From contig CANRDU010000003.1 of assembly GCA_947629445.1 (NCBI GenBank), positions 582-64,581 on the forward strand: a stretch of DNA of 64,000 nucleotides, in the 5' to 3' direction. The notes below the pieces were generated by a model that ran no database searches, had not been told where the DNA came from, and worked only from the letters and a program-made list of their open reading frames with translations. Origin of the DNA: an uncultured Bacilli bacterium (GTDB lineage Bacteria > Bacillota_I > Bacilli_A > RF39 > UBA660). The first letter of the stretch is position 1, and each line of letters begins with the position of its first letter. Both the position numbers and the translations under genes were made by a program. Positions 1-9,671 of the stretch are shown one piece after another.

Positions 1-137
1 CACAATTATGAATCTTTTTCGTTTGGATTTTTTTTGTTTATGATATAATGAAAAAGAAATCATAATAACCATATGCTAGCTAGAAGAATAAAAAAAGTAG
101 TTTAACTTCAAAGCATAAAGAAGAAAGAGGTGATGGT

Positions 138-1121
138 ATGAATGTGATTGAAGTAAAAAATTTATGTAAGACTTTTAAAGTTAAAAAGAAAGAAAAAGGT
201 CTAAAGGGAAGTTTTCGTTCTTTATGGCATCCTAAATACCAAAAGATAGAGGCTGTTAAAAATATTGAGTTTACGGTAGAAAAAGGGGAAATGATTGCTT
301 TTATTGGTCCTAATGGGGCAGGTAAGTCTACTACTATTAAGATGCTTACGGGTATTTTATACCCAGATAAGGGTGATATTTCTATTTTAGGGTTGGACCC
401 TAGAAAGGCTAGAAAGAAATTAGCGTATGAAATTGGTACCGTTTTTGGTCAAAAAGAACAATTATGGACACATTTAACTCCTTATGATAATTTTAAGTTT
501 TTTGGAGCCATTTATGATATTCCTGAGGAAGCAGTAGAGCGAAAGATTCAAGAGTTAAGCACTTTATTTGAATTGGAAGAATTTATCAATACTCCAGTTC
601 GAAATCTTTCATTAGGACAGAGAATCCGTTGTGAAATTGTGGCATCTTTAATTCATGATCCAAAGATTTTATTTTTGGATGAACCGACGATTGGGCTAGA
701 TCCTGTTGTCAAAGAAAATATTAGAGCGCTCATTAAACGAATGAATAAAGAGTATAAGACGACTATCTTTTTGACGAGCCATGATACATCTGACATTGAG
801 AAGTTATGTAAGAGGGTTGTCATTATTAATCATGGTGAATTAGTATTAGATGATTCTATGGAAAATTTGAAGTATCACTATTTAAATAAAAAAATAGTAG
901 AAGCTAAAATGAAGGAAAAAGTGAATTTAGAAGACGAAGATGGTATCACGATTTTAAAAGATAAAGGATATAATTTAAAAATTGAGGTAGATACTAGTAA
1001 AAAAAGTGTTGCAGATGCCTTAAAACTTTTAAATCCTGACAATATTATTGATATTAATATTTCTAATATTCCACTAGAAAATATTATTACGGAAATTTAT
1101 AAAAAGGAAGAAGACAAATGA
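138..1121 (+). CDS. ABC transporter ATP-binding protein (ABC-2/DrrA-like exporter)
   Basis: Walker A GPNGAGKST, signature LSLGQR, Walker B ILFLDEPT; followed by two permeases. Confidence 0.92.
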   Translation: MNVIEVKNLCKTFKVKKKEKGLKGSFRSLWHPKYQKIEAVKNIEFTVEKGEMIAFIGPNGAGKSTTIKMLTGILYPDKGDISILGLDPRKARKKLAYEIGTVFGQKEQLWTHLTPYDNFKFFGAIYDIPEEAVERKIQELSTLFELEEFINTPVRNLSLGQRIRCEIVASLIHDPKILFLDEPTIGLDPVVKENIRALIKRMNKEYKTTIFLTSHDTSDIEKLCKRVVIINHGELVLDDSMENLKYHYLNKKIVEAKMKEKVNLEDEDGITILKDKGYNLKIEVDTSKKSVADALKLLNPDNIIDINISNIPLENIITEIYKKEEDK

Positions 1122-1909
1122 GAAAGTATGTATTTATTTTTAAATCAGAAGTCATGAGTAGTCTTCAATATATTTGGAATATTTTGTTTGGTTTTTTGGG
1201 ATACTTAGTTATTTTATTTATTTTCTTTCAATTGTGGCAATATTTATATAGTGATCCTAGCCAAGTAATTCATGGTTATACAATGGAGGAAATGGTTTGG
1301 TATGTTATTGTTACCGAAGTTTTATGGAGTAGTCTTGGTGGCAGAAAATTATGTATGAAAATTAGTAATGATGTGAAAAGTGGAAATATCGCTTATAATT
1401 TATGTAAACCATATAGTTATATTGGATATGCTTTATCTAGTCATTTAGGAAGTATCTTATTAAAGTTTATTATTTATGTGATTTTGGGAATGAGTTTGGG
1501 ATTACTTTTTTTAGGAAGTTTTCCAAGTATTAGCATTCTTTCTATTTTGGTTGTTCTATTATCTTCTATTTTAGCTACCATAATCAGTACACTTCTTATT
1601 ACCTTTATTGGACTATTTGCTTTTAAGATAGAGGATGCGAATCCCTTCTACTGGTTATATAGTAAATTTATTCTCGTGTTAGGAACTATTTTTCCCGTAG
1701 AATTTTTTCCACAGGTTATCAGACCTATTTTGCAATATAGTCCTATTTTTGCAGTTACTTATGGACCGGCTAAGCTGTTTGTTCATTTTACTTTAGAAAA
1801 TGCAATCGAAGTGTTATGTATTCAAGGAATTTATTTAGTAATTTCTTATCTACTATGTTTATGGTTATATAAGAAAGGGGTGAAGAATTTAAATGTTAAC
1901 GGCGGTTAA
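1118..1909 (+). CDS. ABC-2 family permease (DUF990-like)
   Basis: About 6 TM segments, DVKSGNIAYNLCKP motif, ATGA overlap with the ATPase. Confidence 0.85.
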   Translation: MRKYVFIFKSEVMSSLQYIWNILFGFLGYLVILFIFFQLWQYLYSDPSQVIHGYTMEEMVWYVIVTEVLWSSLGGRKLCMKISNDVKSGNIAYNLCKPYSYIGYALSSHLGSILLKFIIYVILGMSLGLLFLGSFPSISILSILVVLLSSILATIISTLLITFIGLFAFKIEDANPFYWLYSKFILVLGTIFPVEFFPQVIRPILQYSPIFAVTYGPAKLFVHFTLENAIEVLCIQGIYLVISYLLCLWLYKKGVKNLNVNGG

Positions 1910-2687
1910 AAATCAAGGAAAAATCAGTATTCTCTCTATAAAATATGCCCTTATGAAAGAAATGCTTAATAAGACGACTTTTCTTACGAATGTTATTTTT
2001 ATGATTTTAAATAATGCTAGTTTTATTATTCAATGGATTGTCCTTTATTCTATTCAGGATAATATAGGTGGATATACGTTTCAGCAAGTACTCTTGCTTT
2101 GGGGAGTAGCAGCAGGTAGTTATGGGGTTTCTCACTTTTTCTTTGAAAATGCCTATGAATTAGCAGAAACGATTACTGATGGTAAATTGGATGCTTATAT
2201 TGTTCAACCGAAAAATATACTTCTTTCTGCGATTACGTCAAAGGTGAAAACCTCTGCTTTAGGAGATTTACTTTATGCTTATATTATGTGTGTGGTAGTC
2301 GCTAGGTCTTTTTCTAGTATCCTTTTATTTACCTTTTTAATTATTTGTGGAGGTATTATTTTAACGGGAATTGCGGTTATACTAGGAAGTTTAAGTTTTT
2401 GGTTTAAAAGAGCAGATATGGTAGCAGAAGCTGGAAATGGATGGATGACCAATTTTGCCAATTATCCAGATGGCATTTTCAAGGGAGTTGTTAAAGTACT
2501 TCTTTATACGCTTATTCCAGTTGGCATTGTAAATTATATTCCCGTTCAACTTTTAACCCATTTTCGTTTGTCTAATTTAGGAATTGTAGTGGGGTTTGCA
2601 AGTGTGATTATTCTTCTTGCTTTCATCGTCTTTTACCGAGGATTAAAAAGATATTCTTCTAGCAATCTCATGAGTATGAGAATTTAA
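1893..2687 (+). CDS. ABC-2 family permease (DUF990-like)
   Basis: About 6 TM segments, ITDGKLDAYIVQP and C-terminal GLKRYSS motifs. Confidence 0.85.
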   Translation: MLTAVKNQGKISILSIKYALMKEMLNKTTFLTNVIFMILNNASFIIQWIVLYSIQDNIGGYTFQQVLLLWGVAAGSYGVSHFFFENAYELAETITDGKLDAYIVQPKNILLSAITSKVKTSALGDLLYAYIMCVVVARSFSSILLFTFLIICGGIILTGIAVILGSLSFWFKRADMVAEAGNGWMTNFANYPDGIFKGVVKVLLYTLIPVGIVNYIPVQLLTHFRLSNLGIVVGFASVIILLAFIVFYRGLKRYSSSNLMSMRI

Positions 2688-2715
2688 AAAGAGATAGATT
2701 TATTCTATCTCTTTT
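2687..2715 (+). terminator. Intrinsic terminator
   Basis: AAAAGAGATAGA / TCTATCTCTTTT inverted repeat directly after the stop codon. Confidence 0.8.
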
Positions 2716-2740
2716 GTTATAATGTAGGAAGAGGTGGATT

Positions 2741-4306
2741 ATGAATTTAGAAGTTTCAACAACTAGCAAAAATATATTTAAAAATATGGATAAGAAGAAA
2801 GTATTCCTAATTGGTGGTATTATTGTCGTATTAGGTATTGTTATTTTCTTCTTGGTAAGAAATATAATGAAGGGAAAAAATCAATATCCATATGAAAACA
2901 TTAGTGATACTAGTGCATTCTTCTTACAAAATAGGGAAGGATATTATGCACTTTTTAATGAAGATGGAAAACAATTATCGAATTTTATATTTGATAGTAA
3001 AAGCTCTTTTTATGGCGGTGTTGCGAAGGTTTCGACGAAAGATGGTATGTATGGAATTGTTAGAGAAGATGGTAAATATTTAGTGGAGTTAAGCAACCAT
3101 TATATTTCCAATTATCAATCTATTTTCTCTATTACAACGGAATCTCCAAAGAAATCTTATGTAGTCAATTATAAAGGGGATAAAGTTTTAGAGGGAGCCG
3201 AAGTATCTATTCATAGTTTCTATGATGCTGCTATTTACTATGTGGAAGTGAAGGCAAATGAAAAAGCGGAAGTAAAATCCGTTCAAGTATTAAATCATAG
3301 AGGAGATATTATAGATACGATTCCGAATAAGGACTATTTTACGACGTCTACTCCTTCAGAGGGGTATACGACTCTATCAGATGGTGAGAAAACGTATGTC
3401 TACAATATTGATAAAGGAAAGAAAGTAGCTGAAGTAGAAGGTGGCTATTGCGTTTCCCAAGCTTATGGAAATGTTGTCATTCTGTCTAGTTGCAGTAGTT
3501 GGTATAGCCAAGATACGGCTAATAATTATGTCGTACTCGATAATGGAAGAAAAAAGTATACGATGGATAAATCAGAATGTAATCTTTCTATTTTAGAGGA
3601 TGGTACGGTTGTCTGTTATCAGCCTAGTGGGGAAAATGCTTTTGTAAAGCCAAATGGAGAACTTTCTAGTGAAAGATTTAAAAAAGCATTTAGTAGTAAA
3701 AATTATGTGGTGGAAGAAAATGGAAAGTATACTTTTTATGCGAATGGCAAGAAAGAAAAAACAGTAGGATGTGCTTCTATTTCCTTCTATTTAGAAGATG
3801 GTTATATTCTTCGCAATCGTACTTATGGGGAGTGTGCGAGTGAAGAATCTGGTTATGCTTATTATAATGTTAAGGGAGAAAAAGTATCTGATACCTTTTA
3901 TTCCGCTACTATCTTTGATGATAATGGTTTAGCAATTGTTTCAACGGATAGTAATAATTATTATTTAATGAATTCTAAATATAAAAAGATAACAGATGCC
4001 TATACGAAAATTCGGGGTGTTGGAAATCTATATGTCGTTACGAAAAATCAAAATAACATGTTAATGGACAAAGAAGGAAAGATTATTGCTGAAGGATTCC
4101 ATGATTTCAATTCAGTTTCTCGTCATCAGAATCAAGAAAAGTTTGTAAGTGTTACCTATGATGATAAAACGCTTATCTATGATGGTATTACTGGAAAAGA
4201 GATTGGGGAAGTATCTGGTACTTCTGTATCTTTAGAAGAACACTATTATGTTTATGGAGATCATTATTACAGTTATAATACAGGTAAAGAATTTTATACG
4301 AATTAA
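2741..4306 (+). CDS. Membrane-anchored WG-repeat-like beta-rich surface protein
   Basis: N-terminal TM anchor; repeated Y-x-hydrophobic-N/D-x-x-G-K units (YALFNEDGK, YVVNYKGDK, YYNVKGEK, LMDKEGK). Confidence 0.6.
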   Translation: MNLEVSTTSKNIFKNMDKKKVFLIGGIIVVLGIVIFFLVRNIMKGKNQYPYENISDTSAFFLQNREGYYALFNEDGKQLSNFIFDSKSSFYGGVAKVSTKDGMYGIVREDGKYLVELSNHYISNYQSIFSITTESPKKSYVVNYKGDKVLEGAEVSIHSFYDAAIYYVEVKANEKAEVKSVQVLNHRGDIIDTIPNKDYFTTSTPSEGYTTLSDGEKTYVYNIDKGKKVAEVEGGYCVSQAYGNVVILSSCSSWYSQDTANNYVVLDNGRKKYTMDKSECNLSILEDGTVVCYQPSGENAFVKPNGELSSERFKKAFSSKNYVVEENGKYTFYANGKKEKTVGCASISFYLEDGYILRNRTYGECASEESGYAYYNVKGEKVSDTFYSATIFDDNGLAIVSTDSNNYYLMNSKYKKITDAYTKIRGVGNLYVVTKNQNNMLMDKEGKIIAEGFHDFNSVSRHQNQEKFVSVTYDDKTLIYDGITGKEIGEVSGTSVSLEEHYYVYGDHYYSYNTGKEFYTN

Positions 4307-4327
4307 AGATACGAAAGGAGGGGTTCT

Positions 4328-5602
4328 ATGTTTATAGATGAAGTAAAAATCGAGGTTATAGCCGGAAATGGTGGTAATGGCTGTCTTGCTTTCCGTAGAG
4401 AGAAATATGTAGAAATGGGTGGACCTTACGGTGGCAACGGTGGACGAGGCGGAAATATTGTCTTTGCGGTTGATGAAGGATTAAATACGCTTATTGATTT
4501 ACGTTATAGTAAAAAATATAGAGCCAAAAATGGTGCTCACGGAGAAGGAAAAGGCATGAATGGTAAAAATGCCCCTGACCTTGTGATTAAAGTACCTCTC
4601 GGAACAGTTATTACGGATTTAGAGACGAATTTTATTTTGGGTGATTTAACCAAAAAAGATAGCCGGGTTATTGTTGCTTACGGTGGTAGAGGTGGCAGGG
4701 GTAATATGGCCTTTGTGACAAGAACGAATCCTGCTCCTGATTTTGCTGAAAACGGGGAACCTGGTGAAGAAAAAAAGTTAAAGGTAGAATTAAAACTACT
4801 TGCCGATGTCGGTTTAGTAGGAATGCCAAGTGTTGGAAAATCTACGATTATTTCGAAGATTTCAGCGGCAAAGCCAAAGATTGCTGCTTATCATTTTACG
4901 ACGTTACATCCAAATTTAGGCGTTGTGAAGACAAAAGATGATCGTTCTTTTGTCGTAGCCGATTTACCAGGACTTATTGAAGGTGCTTCTCTTGGCGAAG
5001 GACTAGGGGATAAGTTTTTAAAGCACATTGAAAGAACTCGTGTGATTGCCCATGTGATCGATATGAGTGGCTTTGAGGGAAGAGATCCTTATGAGGATTA
5101 TCAAATTATCAATAAAGAGTTAGAATCTTTCAACGAGAATTTAATGAAAAAACCACAAATTGTATTGGCGAATAAAATGGATCTAGCGGATGCGAAAAGG
5201 CGTTTAGAGGAATTTAAGAAAAAAGTGAGTGTTCCTGTTTATGAGATTAGTGCTTTAGAAAATCAAGGCTTAGATGATGCTTTAATCGCGCTTGCCGATG
5301 CTTTAGATAAAATTGAAAAGGTTCCTCTTTATGAAGAAGATCGTTTTGAAAGTCATGTTTTATATAAATTTAGGGAGGAACAACCATTTAAAGTATGGAA
5401 GGAATCTGATCATGTCTATGTGGTAAAGGGTGAAGAAATTGAAAAAATTTATCAGATGACTTGGTTTGTTACCGATGAAGCATTCCTTCGCTTTTCGAAT
5501 AAGTTGCGAAAACTGGGGATTGATGACAAATTAAAAGAGATGGGTATTCAAAATGGGGATACGGTTAAAATTTTAGATTACGAATTTGAATATCGAGAGT
5601 AA
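4328..5602 (+). CDS. obgE: GTPase ObgE/CgtA
   Basis: MFIDEVKI...GGNGGRGG Obg fold, GMPSVGKST, YHFTTL, DLPG, NKMD, C-terminal OCT domain. Confidence 0.98.
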   Translation: MFIDEVKIEVIAGNGGNGCLAFRREKYVEMGGPYGGNGGRGGNIVFAVDEGLNTLIDLRYSKKYRAKNGAHGEGKGMNGKNAPDLVIKVPLGTVITDLETNFILGDLTKKDSRVIVAYGGRGGRGNMAFVTRTNPAPDFAENGEPGEEKKLKVELKLLADVGLVGMPSVGKSTIISKISAAKPKIAAYHFTTLHPNLGVVKTKDDRSFVVADLPGLIEGASLGEGLGDKFLKHIERTRVIAHVIDMSGFEGRDPYEDYQIINKELESFNENLMKKPQIVLANKMDLADAKRRLEEFKKKVSVPVYEISALENQGLDDALIALADALDKIEKVPLYEEDRFESHVLYKFREEQPFKVWKESDHVYVVKGEEIEKIYQMTWFVTDEAFLRFSNKLRKLGIDDKLKEMGIQNGDTVKILDYEFEYRE

Positions 5603-5691
5603 TCTCTTTTTTTTTGTCTATAATGTGTATTTTTCACATTCTTTAACTTGAATAATAGGGTGGTTGTGTTATAATGGTATTAGGTGAGAAT

Positions 5692-6063
5692 ATGAAGGAA
5701 AGAGGATTTACTTTGGTAGAGTTATTGGCGGTTATTGTGATTTTATCATTAATTGCTTTAATTGCTGTTCCGGCTATTACAGGAATTATTAAGGAGAGCA
5801 AAGATACACTTTCTGATGCTCAGCTAAATAATGTTATATTAGCTGCTAAAAACTGGGCAAGTGATGTTAAAAATGTGAGTAAATTACCTGCAGAAGATGG
5901 CGATAGTGTATGTATTCATTTAAGTGAACTCCAAGCTGGTGGATATGCGGATTTAGAGATTAAAAATCCAAAAACGGGAAAAGATATGGAAGTGTCTGTG
6001 AAAGTTATTAGAACGGGTAAAAATTTAGACTTTCAAGCAGTTGCTGGACCTGCTTGCCCATGA
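5692..6063 (+). CDS. Type IV pilin / prepilin-type protein
   Basis: MKERG/FTLVELLAVIVIL class III signal; start taken as ATG 5692 after AGGTGA; two Cys. Confidence 0.88.
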   Translation: MKERGFTLVELLAVIVILSLIALIAVPAITGIIKESKDTLSDAQLNNVILAAKNWASDVKNVSKLPAEDGDSVCIHLSELQAGGYADLEIKNPKTGKDMEVSVKVIRTGKNLDFQAVAGPACP

Positions 6064-6788
6064 TTTATACTTCTTTAGAAAATCCTAGAGTTAAAGATTT
6101 AAGAAGACTTCATACAAAAAAATATCGTGATGAAGCTGGCCTTTTTTTAGTGGAAGGGGAACATTTAGTAGAGGAAGCTTACAAGGCAGGTTTCTTAGAA
6201 ACTTTAATTTGCGAGGAAGGTTGTAGTTTTTCTTTAAACGGGGTAGATATGATGGTAGTGTCTCATCCTGTTTTTATGTCCTTAACAGAATTGGAAACTC
6301 CAAAACCCGTTATGGGAGTTTGCAGGAAAAAAGAAAATGTGGATTTAACAGGTAACATTTTAGTACTTGAGAATATTCAAGACCCAGGTAATCTAGGAAC
6401 AATAATTCGAAGTGCGGTAGCTTTTCGAATGGGTGGTATTCTCATAAGTGAGGATACAGTAGACCCTTATAATTCTAAAGTTGTAAGAGCGAGCCAAGGA
6501 CTTCTTTTTCAAATTCCTTTTCGTATTGGAAATTTGTATAATGAACTTTCTTCCTTGAAAACAAAGGGATATACGATTTTAGGAACGAAAGTTACTAATG
6601 GAAAAAACATCAAAACTATTGAAAAAAAATCTCAGTTTGCTATAATAATGGGAAATGAAGGTCAAGGCATGAGTGAGATGTCGGGAAGGTTTTGTGATGA
6701 ATTTGTCTATATAGACATGTCGGATAAATGTGAGAGTTTGAATGTGGGAGTAGCAGCAAGTATTCTCATGTATGAGTTAGATAAGTAG
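6060..6788 (+). CDS. TrmH/SpoU family RNA methyltransferase
   Basis: QDPGNLGTIIRSA, MGNEGQG, ESLNVGVA motifs; ATG 6060 overlaps the pilin stop (ATGA). Confidence 0.93.
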   Translation: MIYTSLENPRVKDLRRLHTKKYRDEAGLFLVEGEHLVEEAYKAGFLETLICEEGCSFSLNGVDMMVVSHPVFMSLTELETPKPVMGVCRKKENVDLTGNILVLENIQDPGNLGTIIRSAVAFRMGGILISEDTVDPYNSKVVRASQGLLFQIPFRIGNLYNELSSLKTKGYTILGTKVTNGKNIKTIEKKSQFAIIMGNEGQGMSEMSGRFCDEFVYIDMSDKCESLNVGVAASILMYELDK

Positions 6789-6795
6789 GTGCAGT

Positions 6796-7287
6796 ATGGA
6801 TTATATTTTTATAGGGGACATTGTAAATACTCATGGCTTAAAAGGAGAAATTCGTATTATAAGCGATTTTAAGTTTAAAGATACTGTGTTTCGTAAAGAT
6901 CAAAAGTGTTATATAGGAAAAGATCACAAAGAGGAAGTTATTGATACTTATCGCACTCATAAAAATTATGATATGGTTACTTTTCAAGATAAGAAACATA
7001 TCGATGATGTTATTATTTATAAGAATGAACCAATGTATGTGAATCGTGCGGATATTGAGTATGATGGATATTTAGACGAGGATTTAATTGGTTTAGAGGT
7101 ATATTGCCAAGATCGACATATTGGGCATGTAGATAGTATTTTAAAGACGAGTGCTCATGAGATTTTAGTAGTGAAAAATGGTAGTAAGCATATGATTCCC
7201 AATGTAGATGAGTTTATTGAAAAAGTAGATTTAACGAATAAACGATTAGACATTCATTATATGAAAGGATTACTCAATGAAGATTGA
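6796..7287 (+). CDS. rimM: Ribosome maturation factor RimM
   Basis: IGDIVNTHGLKGEI, DLIGLEV PRC barrel; upstream of trmD. Confidence 0.96.
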   Translation: MDYIFIGDIVNTHGLKGEIRIISDFKFKDTVFRKDQKCYIGKDHKEEVIDTYRTHKNYDMVTFQDKKHIDDVIIYKNEPMYVNRADIEYDGYLDEDLIGLEVYCQDRHIGHVDSILKTSAHEILVVKNGSKHMIPNVDEFIEKVDLTNKRLDIHYMKGLLNED

Positions 7288-7945
7288 TGTACTTACTCTT
7301 TTTCCAGAAATGTTTAAGGGCTTTTTAGAAGAGTCTATTATGAAAAGAGCGATAGAATCTCACAAGGTCGAAATTTGTTTTCACAATATTAGAGATTATT
7401 CGAAAGATCCTCATCGAAAGGTGGATGATTATGGTTTTGGTGGCGGAGCTGGAATGGTTCTCATGCCACAACCTATTTATGATGCCATAGAGTCTGTTAG
7501 AAGAGAAGATTCTCATGTCATTCTTCTAACACCACAGGGAACTCCTTACAAGCAAGAACATGCTTACCAGTTATCTCATTATTCCCATTTGATTTTGGTT
7601 TGCGGACATTATGAAGGATTTGACGAGAGAATTCGTTCCTTTGTCGATGAAGAAATTAGTATTGGGGATTATGTTTTAACAGGTGGAGAAATTCCGAGTA
7701 TGGTACTTATGGATAGTGTTACTAGGTTATTAGATGGGGTAATTGAAGAAGAATCTCATATTCAGGATTCTTTTCATGAAAATTTGCTAGATTACCCTGT
7801 ATATACCAAACCGGTAGATTTTAAAGGGATGAAGGTTCCTGAAGTACTACTTTCAGGACACCATGAAAATATTCGTAAGTGGAGATATAATCAACAACTA
7901 GAGAAGACTAAGGAAAGACGGCCCGATTTATTAGAAGAGAGATGA
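7277..7945 (+). CDS. trmD: tRNA (guanine37-N1)-methyltransferase
   Basis: TLFPEMF, GGGAGMV, CGHYEGFDER, SIGDYVLTGGE. Confidence 0.98.
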   Translation: MKIDVLTLFPEMFKGFLEESIMKRAIESHKVEICFHNIRDYSKDPHRKVDDYGFGGGAGMVLMPQPIYDAIESVRREDSHVILLTPQGTPYKQEHAYQLSHYSHLILVCGHYEGFDERIRSFVDEEISIGDYVLTGGEIPSMVLMDSVTRLLDGVIEEESHIQDSFHENLLDYPVYTKPVDFKGMKVPEVLLSGHHENIRKWRYNQQLEKTKERRPDLLEER

Positions 7946-7949
7946 TTTT

Positions 7950-8417
7950 ATGGTTCAAGGACAATGTTACTTTATTACAAAGCAAGGATATGAGGGAGAC
8001 GTTGTCTATTTTGATTTTCATCAGTTAGAGGATGGATTCAATGTTACACCCAAAAATCAACTTCAGTACGATGGTATTATCGTTAGTAAGTTAATTATCA
8101 TTAAAGATAGTTTAATTCAAAAAGTTTTAAGGAGAAAAATTCAAAAAAAGTTTGAATTGTATTTAAATTATATTGTTGATCTTTTAGAGGATGATAGTGA
8201 TTCTGCTCCTTCGGGGTTAAATGAAATTTTAGGAGAACTCAGTCGATATAAGGATGTTTTGCGCTATCGCTATCAAAAGTATTTAGGAGATAAATACGTA
8301 GAGTTGATGAATAAGAAGATTGACGTATTAGAGTATGAATTAAAATTAAAGGCAATGGATTATGCACCAAAGCAAAATATCTATGATGACGAAGAAGTGA
8401 TAGAACGAAGTCGATAA
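7950..8417 (+). CDS. Hypothetical helical protein
   Basis: 155-aa ORF in operon position after trmD, followed by a terminator; family not recognised. Confidence 0.7.
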   Translation: MVQGQCYFITKQGYEGDVVYFDFHQLEDGFNVTPKNQLQYDGIIVSKLIIIKDSLIQKVLRRKIQKKFELYLNYIVDLLEDDSDSAPSGLNEILGELSRYKDVLRYRYQKYLGDKYVELMNKKIDVLEYELKLKAMDYAPKQNIYDDEEVIERSR

Positions 8418-8508
8418 CTAGGTAACCCTAGTTTTTTTCTTTCTTTTTTAGGAAAACTCTTGAAAAATGGGAATATTATGATATAATGATAGTGGCTTTT
8501 TTAAAAAA

Positions 8509-8572
8509 ACACATTTATGGATTATATTGCCTAGTGCCGTATGGTGGTGATATAAGAAGAGATAAATGGAAG
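8509..8572 (+). promoter_or_regulatory. Probable rpsB (S2) autoregulatory leader
   Basis: Unusually long 5' UTR between the TTGAAA/TGATATAAT promoter (8461-8487) and rpsB; ACACA start and CATTTAT...ATAAATG pairing resemble Bacillota rpsB leaders. Confidence 0.5.
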
Positions 8573-8595
8573 AAGAAACGAAAGGATGTGTATGT

Positions 8596-9618
8596 ATGAC
8601 AGTAGTGTCAATGAATTTATTGCTAGAAGCAGGCGTTCATTTTGGACATCAAACAAAAAGATGGAATCCAAAAATGAAAGAATACATTTTTACTTCAAGA
8701 GATGATATTTATATAATCGATTTACAGAAAACAGCTAAGAAGATTGAAGAGGCTTATGCCGCTTTAAACGAAATTGCTAAAAATGGTGGAAAAGTTATCT
8801 TTGTAGGAACAAGAAAACAAGCTCAAGAGGCTACAAAAGAAGAAGCTATTAAGAGTGAATCTTACTATGTAACTGAAAGATGGCTAGGTGGAACTCTTAC
8901 TAATTTTAAGACAATCAGAAAGAGAATTAAAAGATTAGAAGAGATTGAAAAGATGGAAGAAGACGGAACATTCGATGTTTTACCAAAGAAGGAAGTAGTT
9001 GGACTTAGAAAAGAATACGCTAAGTTAGACAAATTATTATGTGGTATTCGTGGAATGGAAAAACTTCCACAAGCTATGTTTATCGTAGATCCATCTAAGG
9101 AAGAGATTGCGATTCGTGAAGCTAGAAAGTTAAATATCCCAGTATTTGGTATTGTCGATACGAACTGTGATCCAGATATGGTAGATTACGTAATTCCAGC
9201 TAATGATGATGCTATTCGTGCTGTTAAGTTAATTATTGGTGTTATGAATAATGCCATCTTAGAAGCTAACGGTGGAGTAATTACTGACTATGTTAGTGGT
9301 AAGACAGAGGAAAATGGAACGGATATTATGAAACGTGCTGTTGAATCTGTTAAGAGAAAAGAAGAAAAGAAACCATTTGAGAAAAAACCATTTGATCGTA
9401 ATAAAAAATCATTTAATAAAGTAGAAAAAGAAGTCAAAGAAGAGCCAAAAGCAGAACCAACAGAAAAAGAAGAAGAGACTGCTCCAGTTAAAAAAGCCGA
9501 CGTTAAAGAAGATTTAACGGAAATGACAGTTTCTGAACTTCGTGAACTTGCTAAGGCAAAGGAAGTTAAAGGATATTCTACAATGAAAAAAGCAGAACTA
9601 TTAGATGCTTTAAAATAA
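8596..9618 (+). CDS. rpsB: 30S ribosomal protein S2 with C-terminal K/E linker and Rho_N-like domain
   Basis: [38 protein letters not shown]; start taken as ATG 8596 after AAAGGA. Confidence 0.97.
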   Translation: MTVVSMNLLLEAGVHFGHQTKRWNPKMKEYIFTSRDDIYIIDLQKTAKKIEEAYAALNEIAKNGGKVIFVGTRKQAQEATKEEAIKSESYYVTERWLGGTLTNFKTIRKRIKRLEEIEKMEEDGTFDVLPKKEVVGLRKEYAKLDKLLCGIRGMEKLPQAMFIVDPSKEEIAIREARKLNIPVFGIVDTNCDPDMVDYVIPANDDAIRAVKLIIGVMNNAILEANGGVITDYVSGKTEENGTDIMKRAVESVKRKEEKKPFEKKPFDRNKKSFNKVEKEVKEEPKAEPTEKEEETAPVKKADVKEDLTEMTVSELRELAKAKEVKGYSTMKKAELLDALK

Positions 9619-9671
9619 ATTATTAAAGATGATTTTTTAATCATCTTTATTTTGGTTAAGAGGAGGATATT

